Below, in pieces: positions 57,348 to 64,000 of a stretch of DNA of 64,000 bases (the stretch's first letter is position 1; the number at the start of each line of letters is the position of its first letter). A program made the position numbers and the translations under genes. Source of the DNA: an uncultured Solirubrobacterales bacterium (GTDB taxonomy: Bacteria > Actinomycetota > Thermoleophilia > Solirubrobacterales > JBBDJG01); assembly GCA_963816975.1 (NCBI GenBank), contig CAWFMD010000001.1, positions 223,479 through 287,478 of the forward strand. Reading direction: 5' to 3'. A model generated the notes under the pieces. That model ran no database searches and had not been told where the DNA came from. It saw only the letters and a program-made list of their open reading frames with translations.

Positions 57348-57710
57348 GTGGAAGCCAAGACGCTCCGCAACATCGGGATCATCGCCGTGGTGGCGCTCGC
57401 GATCGCGTTCGTCCCCGGCGGGAACGACACCGCCGTGCTGGCGCTCGCGATCCTTTCGCTGGCCTTCATCGCGGCGATCGGGTTCCTCGGGTATCGCCTG
57501 TACATGGAGAACAAGTTCACGCTCTGGAGCATGAGCGAGCGCCACCGCGCACAGCTTTACGCGGGGATCGCGGTCGCGTTCATGACCCTCACCGCCACCG
57601 ATCGACTGCTCGACAGCGGGATCGGGCTGGTGCTCTGGGTGGCGCTGCTCGCCGGTTCGGTGCTCGCGGTCTACAACGCCTGGGTCGAGTCGCGCCGCTA
57701 CAGCATCTAG
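57348..57710 (+). CDS. Membrane protein (120 aa, 4 predicted helices)
   Basis: Hydrophobic segments with protein-like composition. GTG start. Confidence 0.6.
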   Translation: MEAKTLRNIGIIAVVALAIAFVPGGNDTAVLALAILSLAFIAAIGFLGYRLYMENKFTLWSMSERHRAQLYAGIAVAFMTLTATDRLLDSGIGLVLWVALLAGSVLAVYNAWVESRRYSI

Positions 57711-57786
57711 GCAAACCGGACCGAATCTCTTGACTCCGCGGTGGTGAGGCTGCACGCCGCCGCATCTAGCCTGCTGTGCCGAAAGG

Positions 57787-58140
57787 ATGCGCACACCGGG
57801 AGCACAAGAGAGGGAACCTGAGCGCGGGCAGGCGTCGGTCGAGCTGCTCGGCGCGCTGCCCGCGGTGCTCCTGGTGGCGCTCGCCGCGTGGCAGCTGGTG
57901 CTCGCCGGCCAGGCCGCCTGGCTGGCCGGAAATGCGGCCCGGGTTGGCGCGCGCGCCGAGGCCGTCGGGGCCGATGGCCACGCAGCGGCGCGCGGGGCAC
58001 TGCCCGTTCACCTGCGGCGGGGGCTGCAGGTGACCGGTCGCGACGGCGTGGTGAGCGTGCGCGTGCGACTGCCGATCGTGATGCGCGAATGGGGCTCGCC
58101 GATCCGGATCAGCGGCAGCGCGGGACTCCCGGGCCGGTGA
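57787..58140 (+). CDS. TadE-like pseudopilin
   Basis: The N-terminal ERGQASVELLGALPAVLLVAL shows the G-xxxx-E prepilin-type motif followed by a hydrophobic helix. Confidence 0.65.
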   Translation: MRTPGAQEREPERGQASVELLGALPAVLLVALAAWQLVLAGQAAWLAGNAARVGARAEAVGADGHAAARGALPVHLRRGLQVTGRDGVVSVRVRLPIVMREWGSPIRISGSAGLPGR

Positions 58141-58472
58141 GCGGCGCGCACGGCCAGGCGAGCGTCGAGATGGTCGGCGCCGTGGTGGCCCTGGCGGTGG
58201 GTGCGCTAGCCCTGTTCCAGGTACTTGCCGCGGGGCGGACCGCGGTGGTGGCGGACGGCGCGGCCCAGGCCGCCGCGATGGCGCTCGTCAACGGCCGCGA
58301 TCCCGCGGAGGCGGCGCGTGCCGCCACGCCCGGATGGCCGGGCCGGCGTGTGCACGTGCGCGAGCACGCCGGGCGCGTGCGCGTCACGCTCGACAGCCCG
58401 GCGGCGCTGCGCAGTCTGCGTGCGCCGCTGCGGGTGAGCGCCGAGGCTGTCGTGCGCCGCCCGCGCGAATGA
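58137..58472 (+). CDS. TadE-like pseudopilin (second copy)
   Basis: GTGA overlap with the upstream gene. N-terminal HGQASVEMVGAVVALAVGALALF. Confidence 0.6.
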   Translation: MSGAHGQASVEMVGAVVALAVGALALFQVLAAGRTAVVADGAAQAAAMALVNGRDPAEAARAATPGWPGRRVHVREHAGRVRVTLDSPAALRSLRAPLRVSAEAVVRRPRE

Positions 58473-58918
58473 GCGCGCCATTCCGCCGGGCGCTGGCGCT
58501 GCTGATCGAACCGGCGCAGTCCGGATCGCGGTCCGCGATCTCGCTCGAGGTGGGCGTCACCGGCCTCAGCGGCGACTGCGGCGCATCGACCGTGGCGCGC
58601 GGGCTGGCGCTCGAGCTTCCGGAAGCCGATCTCACGGACGGCGTCGCGCCCGGGCCGCATGGCGTGCTGGTGGCAGTGGCGGATCGGACCGCCGTTCCGG
58701 TGCTCGCCGGGCTCGTCACCGAGCGCCTCGCGCAGCGCCACGCCGGGGTGGTGCTGGTCGCCAACCGGCCGGACGATCCCCGCGAGTGGGAGCAGGCCGG
58801 CGCGCTGTGCCTGCCACAGTCGCGGCTCGGCGTGCTGCTGCTCTCGCGCGGACACCGCGCGCGGGGTCCGTTCGGCGCCGCCATCCGCAAGCTGGCTGAC
58901 GTAGTGCGATCCGTCTGA
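58469..58918 (+). CDS. Hypothetical protein, possibly a degenerate ParA/CpaE-like fold
   Basis: ATGA overlap with the upstream gene. VGVTGLSGDCGASTVARGLAL resembles a decayed deviant Walker A. The assignment is weak. Confidence 0.5.
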   Translation: MSAPFRRALALLIEPAQSGSRSAISLEVGVTGLSGDCGASTVARGLALELPEADLTDGVAPGPHGVLVAVADRTAVPVLAGLVTERLAQRHAGVVLVANRPDDPREWEQAGALCLPQSRLGVLLLSRGHRARGPFGAAIRKLADVVRSV

Positions 58919-58945
58919 GCTGACGGAGCAGGAAGTGGGGCTCGT

Positions 58946-60106
58946 TCAGCCCGCCGGCTCGGCGAGCAGTGTGATCGCGGCCATCACGAGGGCCAGCATC
59001 CCGTAGCCGAGCTTGCGCAGAAAGCCCTCGCTGGTGCGCAGCGCGATCGTCGCCTGGATCGCGTAGTAGGCGGCGAAGGCGCGGGACGCGATCACGATGA
59101 TCGTGAACGTCTGGACTGTCGCGGCCAGCGCGATCGCGGCGGCGCCGCTGATCAGGTACGACCGCGAGCGGCCCATCCAGGAGCTCAGCCCGCGCAGGTT
59201 GCCGTCCGCGGCCTCCGTGTCGGCGATCGCGGCGCTGAACTGGCTCAGCACCGCGCAGACCACCAGCGGCAGCGCCAGCACCGGGGCCACGCGGTCGGTC
59301 ACGTCCAGCAGGGTGCCGTCGGCCCCCGCGCTGGTGCCCAGCCCCATCACCGGCGTGGCGACCGCCACCAGGCCGAGGTAGATCGCCGTCGCGACCAGCT
59401 GCGCGACGCGCGACGCCCATACGCGGGTCTCGGCGTCGTACTCGTCACCGAGGTAGCGCACCGTCTCGAAGCCCTGCACGGTGATCACGATTCCGCCGAG
59501 CACGAGCAGGGTCGTGCCGAGGCCGACGTCCGGGATCGGCGGCAGCTCCAATCCCGGCCCGGCCAGTGTGCGTGCGTCGTGGCCGAGCAGCACCGCGCCC
59601 AGCACGACGGTGATGCTCAGCACCGCGAGCAGCGAGATCCGGTCGAGCTGGTCGAGCCCGTGGAAGCCGCGCGCGACGCCGACGGCGACGATCAGCGCCA
59701 CCGCCGCGCAGGCGACGATCCGCTCGGCCTGGGGCGAACCTCCCTGAACCGCGAAGCCGATGATGTACTGGGCCATGATGCGCAGGTACAGCGCAACCGA
59801 GATCACGTAGGCGACCACGATCACGGCATCGGCTGCCCGGTCCAGCCGGGCGGTGGTCGCGTCGAGCATGTCGGTGTCGGCCAGCGGCTCGACGACTCGC
59901 ACGCAGTGGCGGATCGCGGTTCCCACGACCCACGCGAGCGCGCAGACGCCCGCCGCCCCCAGCACCGATAACGCCCCGAGCGTGCTTTCGAGCACGGGGA
60001 CGATGATCAGGAAGCCCGAGCCGAAGATCGACGCGAGCGGCGTCACGCTTGCCAGCATGACCCGGCCGGCGGTGAGCGGCTCTGCGGTCGCGCGCCTGTC
60101 AGCCAT
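58946..60106 (-). CDS. Polytopic membrane permease (APC-superfamily-like)
   Basis: ATG 60106 (MADRRATAE). About 11 hydrophobic helices. No specific family motif recognised. Confidence 0.75.
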   Translation of the reverse strand: MADRRATAEPLTAGRVMLASVTPLASIFGSGFLIIVPVLESTLGALSVLGAAGVCALAWVVGTAIRHCVRVVEPLADTDMLDATTARLDRAADAVIVVAYVISVALYLRIMAQYIIGFAVQGGSPQAERIVACAAVALIVAVGVARGFHGLDQLDRISLLAVLSITVVLGAVLLGHDARTLAGPGLELPPIPDVGLGTTLLVLGGIVITVQGFETVRYLGDEYDAETRVWASRVAQLVATAIYLGLVAVATPVMGLGTSAGADGTLLDVTDRVAPVLALPLVVCAVLSQFSAAIADTEAADGNLRGLSSWMGRSRSYLISGAAAIALAATVQTFTIIVIASRAFAAYYAIQATIALRTSEGFLRKLGYGMLALVMAAITLLAEPAG

Positions 60107-60225
60107 GCGATCAGTGGATCGCAGGCGGCGGACGCGGCCGGTGCGAGCGCGATCAGCGGGTAGCGATGATCCGCGCGGCGCCGCGTCTCGGACAACTTCC
60201 ACAGACCAACTAACGGGAGGTACTC

Positions 60226-60984
60226 GTGACTCACAAAATCACATTCCCGCGGGCCCTGTGGGCTCTGCCGGTGGCGCTTGGACTGCTGATGCTGGCGCTG
60301 GTCGCCAGTCCCGCCGCGCAAGCGCACGGCAAGTCGGGAAAGCACGGTGAGCGGGGCAAGTCGGCTCACTCGCACAAGCGGCACCAGCACAAGCCCGCCG
60401 CAGACGGCCGGACCGTGTCAGTGGCCGGCGGCAAGACCAAGCTCTCCGTGGACGCGGGCACCGGCGCAGCGCTCGGATCGCTGGGTATCGCCGTAGAGCC
60501 GGTCAAGCCGGCCCGGGTCTCGCGTCGCGGCGCATTCCGCTTCCCGATCACGGGCGGTGAGGTGAACGCGATGACGCTCGTCGGCCAGATCCGGCACAGC
60601 GGAGGGCTTGCGTTCGTGAAGGGCGCCACCCGTGTCGAGCTGACGAACTTCCACATCAACATCGACGCGCAGCCCGACCTCACGGCGATGGTGGGCGGCG
60701 CGCGCGTCTCGATCCTGTCACTCGACGTATCCGGCCTCGAGCGCAAGGACCGGCGCAACACAATCCGGTTGAGCGGCATCAAGGCGAGCCTCACCGCCGA
60801 TGCGGCCGGCGCACTCAACGCTGCGTTCTCGACCAGCGCGTTCACCGCAGGCCTGCCGATCGGCACGGCGCGCGTGAAGGCGTACGTCAAGCACGACCGC
60901 GCACGGCACGACGACCGCCACGGCGGCCGTCACGGAAAGGACGATGACGACGACGACCGCCGCGGCGGTCGCGACGACGACTAG
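60226..60984 (+). CDS. Secreted hypothetical protein with His/Lys-rich N-terminal and Asp/His/Arg-rich C-terminal tails
   Basis: GGGAGG RBS with a GTG start. Signal peptide ...LVASPAAQA, then HGKSGKHGERGKSAHSHKRHQHK. The C-terminus is KHDRARHDDRHGGRHGKDDDDDDRRGGRDDD. Confidence 0.75.
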   Translation: MTHKITFPRALWALPVALGLLMLALVASPAAQAHGKSGKHGERGKSAHSHKRHQHKPAADGRTVSVAGGKTKLSVDAGTGAALGSLGIAVEPVKPARVSRRGAFRFPITGGEVNAMTLVGQIRHSGGLAFVKGATRVELTNFHINIDAQPDLTAMVGGARVSILSLDVSGLERKDRRNTIRLSGIKASLTADAAGALNAAFSTSAFTAGLPIGTARVKAYVKHDRARHDDRHGGRHGKDDDDDDRRGGRDDD

Positions 60985-61007
60985 GCAGGCAGCAAGGGAG
61001 GTCTTGG

Positions 61008-61034
61008 AGGGCCGGTCGCCCGGCGGCCGGCCCT
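61008..61034 (+). terminator. Hairpin terminator candidate
   Basis: agggccgg-N11-ccggccct forms an 8-bp stem 24 nt after the stop. Confidence 0.4.
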
Positions 61035-61124
61035 TCAGCGGAACGTAGTCACTCCCGCGCGTCTTTCGTGACAGCAGCGCGCTGACGCTTCGCACTCCTC
61101 CGCGTAGCGTCCGGTGGGGCGAGG

Positions 61125-62435
61125 ATGAGCGCGGCGAGAGCGAAAGGAACGGAGTCGGAACGCGGCCAGGCGCTGATCGTCGCGCTGGGGGCGCTGTTCG
61201 CGCTGATGGTGGGTGCCGCGGTGCTGTTCTCGTTCGGCAGCGCGCTGGCCGGAAAGGGCCGCGTCCAGCGCGCCGCTGACCTCGCCGCGTTGTCGGCCGT
61301 GCGCTCGATGAAGGACGATCTCGATCGGCTGTTCGAGCCGGCGACGATCGACGGCCGGCCGAATCCGCACCACCTGAGCGAAGCGCAGTATCTCGAGCGA
61401 GCGCGCAGCGTCGCGCTCACGATCGGCCGGGCGAACGGGGCACGCCTTCGGTCCGCAGACGTAACGTTTCCGGGCAAAGGCGACTTTGCTGCGTCGCGCG
61501 TCAAGGTAACGGTGCGCCGCGAGGTGCCCGTACGGCGCGACTCGGTCCCGGTCGCAGCGGTGGCCGTCGCCGAGATCGTCGCGCCGCTCGGCGCAGGTGC
61601 GCCGCTGGAGGCGGCGGGCGGAGGGTACAGCGGTCCGCTCGCGTACAGGCAGGGCAAGCCGATGAGGCCCGATGTCGCGCGTGCCTTCGACCGGATGGCG
61701 GCGGCGGCGCGCAGGGATGGCGTCGACCTGATCGTGACGTCCGGCTATCGCTCCGACGCCGAGCAGGCCGAGCTGTACGCGCGCCATCCCGACCCGAAGT
61801 GGGTTGCCCCGCCCGGCAAGTCGCTGCACCGGTTCGGCACGGAACTGGACCTCGGGCCGCCCGCAGCGTACGGCTGGCTCGCCCGCAACGCGCGCCGCTT
61901 CCACTTCATCCAGAGGTATTCCTGGGAACCGTGGCACTACGGCTACGGTCTGAACCCGCGCTCGGCCCCGCCCCGCGCAGACGGCCGCAGCGCCGTGCCG
62001 TCGTTCGTGCCCGCCGCCTACCGCGACACGATCGCGCGCGCGGCCAGCCGCTGGAACGTCTCCGCCACGCTGCTCGCGGCGCAGCTCTACGTGGAGAGCG
62101 GCTTCAACCCCTTCGCCGTCTCACCCGCCGGCGCGCGCGGAATCGCGCAGTTCATGCCGGGCACCGCGCGCACCTACGGCCTGCACGATCCGTTCGACCC
62201 ACATCGCGCGATCGCGGCGCAGGCGCAGCTGATGCGCGACCTGCTGCGTGAGTTCGCCTCCGTCCCGCTGGCGCTTGCCGCCTACAACGCGGGCCCGGGA
62301 GCCGTCGTGCGCTGCGGCTGCGTGCCGCCCTTCCCGGAGACGCGTGGGTACGTGGTGCGGGTGCTGGCGCTGATGGGCGCGGGCGGGGAGCTGCTGGCCG
62401 GCGATTCGTCGATGGACGTGCGACTCGTGAGCTGA
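61125..62435 (+). CDS. Three-part fusion: TadG/TadE-like N-terminal anchor, VanY/M15 D,D-carboxypeptidase and SLT lytic transglycosylase
   Basis: N-terminus ERGQALIVALGALFALMVGAAVL. VanY motifs SGYRS..EQ, SLHRFGTELD and EPWH. SLT motifs YVESGFNP, GIAQFMPGTA and AYNAGPGAV. Confidence 0.85.
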   Translation: MSAARAKGTESERGQALIVALGALFALMVGAAVLFSFGSALAGKGRVQRAADLAALSAVRSMKDDLDRLFEPATIDGRPNPHHLSEAQYLERARSVALTIGRANGARLRSADVTFPGKGDFAASRVKVTVRREVPVRRDSVPVAAVAVAEIVAPLGAGAPLEAAGGGYSGPLAYRQGKPMRPDVARAFDRMAAAARRDGVDLIVTSGYRSDAEQAELYARHPDPKWVAPPGKSLHRFGTELDLGPPAAYGWLARNARRFHFIQRYSWEPWHYGYGLNPRSAPPRADGRSAVPSFVPAAYRDTIARAASRWNVSATLLAAQLYVESGFNPFAVSPAGARGIAQFMPGTARTYGLHDPFDPHRAIAAQAQLMRDLLREFASVPLALAAYNAGPGAVVRCGCVPPFPETRGYVVRVLALMGAGGELLAGDSSMDVRLVS

Positions 62436-62497
62436 GCCAGAGTGCGCTCGGCGGATCGCGGATCGAACCTGTACGCTTGTCCGGGCCTGAAACGATC

Positions 62498-62851
62498 CTA
62501 TCCCGTCAAGCGCGGGGAAGCGGGTCTCCGGCGGCCGCGGGAACGCCGACCACACGAAGTCGACCTCGTCCCAGTCGCCGAAGTCGCTCTCGCGCGCGGG
62601 ATCAGGCATCGCTCGACCCAGAAGACCTGGCCGAGGTGCGAGTCGAGCTCGATACCGCTTGTCCGGGCCCGCAGCCGGATCTTGCAGAGGGAGGCGAGCA
62701 TGGCGCCGGCATCTCCCAGCTCGAGCGGTTTGTGGTCGACGAATTCCCAGGCCTCGTGAAGGTCGGCCGCCCATTGGCGAAGAGCGGCGTGAAGCGCGCT
62801 GAGAATAGGCGTGAGGCATTCCTGCGATGGGCCAGGCGCGGGGAGGGTCAT
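62498..62851 (-). pseudogene. Possible decayed or frameshifted ORF of unknown function
   Basis: From ATG 62851 there is a protein-like helical sequence (MTLPAPGPSQECLTPILSALHAALRQWAADLHEAWEFV...). The high third-position GC signal moves to another frame near 62610 (MPDPARESDFGDWDEVDFVW...). No RBS is visible. Confidence 0.25.
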
Positions 62852-63273
62852 GGTGGTGGTCGGGCGCGAGGCGCACGCTGCACAGCTCGTGATCTCCACG
62901 CACCCACGCACCCCAGCCGGAGAGTGCACTGCGGCGCAACGCCGCACGTCGCAGGCGCGATCGTGGCGGCGGCGGTTGACTGCCCGTGACAGCGCCGCCG
63001 GGACGGACGCGGCCGGCGGAGGCCATGAGCCGTTCATCGAGAGTACCTGCCGCGTTGGCAGACGTGCGTCGGGCCCAATCGCGGTTCGCACGACTCGGCC
63101 ATCGGCGCCAGTATCACCGAGAGCACGGCCCGGCCCGCGCGGGCTGACCGCGCAGTCGGCACGGGGTGACACGGAAGACAGACCGAGGTGCGATCGGAGC
63201 GGGGTGCCGAACTCCGGTATGGTCGGGCGACGTCACGGCGTCAGGTTGCTACCGGCCGGAACAGGAGGCATCC

Positions 63274-63693
63274 ATGCCTGCCAAGGGCATTCACCACGTC
63301 GATCTTGCGGTCGCTGAGCTAGAGCGTTCGCTGGCGTTCTATCTCATGGTCCTGGAGCCGCTGGGCTGGCGCGAGGAGGTCCGCTACCCCACCTATCGCG
63401 GCACGGAAGAGGTCGTCTACCTGAAGGACCCGAGCACCGGGTCGATGCTCGGACTACGCGCCGCCGACGGCGGTGAGCACCGGTACTACGGCGTCGGGAT
63501 CGAGCACCTCGCCTTCGAGGTGGAGAGCCGGGCCGAGGTCGAGGCCGCCCACGAGCGCTGCATCGGGGCCGGGGCGGCGATCCATTTCCCGCCCGAAGAG
63601 GACCGTGACGTGGCGGACTACTACGCGCTGTTCGTCTTCGACCCGGACGGGATGCGGATCGAGGTCTTCAGCTGGCAGCGTGACGAGCTCTGA
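63274..63693 (+). CDS. VOC/glyoxalase-family protein
   Basis: AGGAGG RBS. Motifs GIHHVDLAVAELERSLAFY, IEHLAFEV and FDPDGMRIEVF. Confidence 0.85.
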   Translation: MPAKGIHHVDLAVAELERSLAFYLMVLEPLGWREEVRYPTYRGTEEVVYLKDPSTGSMLGLRAADGGEHRYYGVGIEHLAFEVESRAEVEAAHERCIGAGAAIHFPPEEDRDVADYYALFVFDPDGMRIEVFSWQRDEL

Positions 63694-63738
63694 TCGACGG
63701 CCTCCGCGGGACGGCCGGTCGGTCCGGACCGTGCGCGA

Positions 63739-64000
63739 CTAGCGAGTGCGGCGGCGGCGCACCAGCGTGCCGGCGGCGAGCAGGAAGGCGGCCAAGCCGA
63801 GCAGCCCGGGGATCAGGATCGCCTTCGCGGGCTCGTCGCTGCCGCGACTGGCAACCGTGTTGGCGAACACCGGCACCGGTGGCGCCTTCTTCTTCGGCGC
63901 GGATGTCTTGTCGTCGGGGGCCGAGTAGCGCTCCGACCCGCGCTCCGGCACGCCGTCGAAGAGGGGCGCGGTGCGGGCGGGTGCACGGCGCGGATGCCGC
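63739..64000 (-). CDS. C-terminal fragment of a membrane-anchored protein (the gene continues beyond the window)
   Basis: The frame stays open to base 64000 with high third-position GC. It ends in the TM helix ILIPGLLGLAAFLLAAGTLV followed by RRRRTR. Confidence 0.5.
   Translation of the reverse strand, partial: RHPRRAPARTAPLFDGVPERGSERYSAPDDKTSAPKKKAPPVPVFANTVASRGSDEPAKAILIPGLLGLAAFLLAAGTLVRRRRTR

Noticed and set aside
62811-63317. A 168-aa plus-strand ORF filling the empty region upstream of the VOC gene
   Set aside because: Its composition is Arg/Gly/Ser/Pro-rich junk. It runs out of frame into the well-supported VOC gene (ATG 63274 with an AGGAGG RBS) and has no RBS of its own.

Overview
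High-GC (roughly 70%), densely coding actinobacterial-type chromosomal window. The taxon is an inference from gene content; it resembles deep-branching Actinobacteria such as Thermoleophilia. I support about 70 protein-coding genes. I recognised no rRNA, tRNA, CRISPR array, transposase or integrase. Many adjacent genes share ATGA, GTGA or TTGA start/stop overlaps, so operons are tight. Most long ORFs antisense to real genes are GC artefacts. Layout: (1) 0.6-17.6 kb holds a DevR/DevS (DosR)-type hypoxia/dormancy-like island. It contains WS/DGAT, an SQR-like flavoprotein, a frameshifted PEP-utilising enzyme, a class III aminotransferase, DUF1918, three USP genes, a CtpF-like P-type ATPase, an Rv2004c-like kinase, a NarL-type regulator, a CBS-pair protein, a GAF-GAF heme-type histidine kinase and pyruvate kinase. 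(2) 18-22.4 kb is an epimerase-SDR-ADH-ALDH operon. (3) 22.5-25.2 kb is the operon arsR - arsI/cadI-like - R2-like di-metal protein - MIP channel - arsC. The embedded RNR-R2-like gene is the most unusual element I see. (4) 25-40 kb holds mixed stress and detoxification genes, including a 182-aa histone-H1-like tandem-repeat protein. (5) uppP and a stand-alone OmpR-type winged-helix protein follow. (6) 44-57 kb is a phosphate/polyphosphate supercluster: ppk1, CYTH-CHAD, NUDIX-His-phosphatase, GAF-GGDEF, phoU-pstBACS, an orphan OmpR-type regulator, DUF47 and Pit. Phased 11-nt (G/T)TCAC direct repeats, which look like PHO boxes, occur upstream of pstS and at three other loci. (7) 57.8-62.4 kb holds TadE-like pseudopilins and a TadG-VanY-SLT fusion protein. 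(8) 62.4-63.3 kb is an unusually long stretch without a convincing intact CDS. All functional calls rest on motifs read from the translations and on remembered family signatures. No database search was run.
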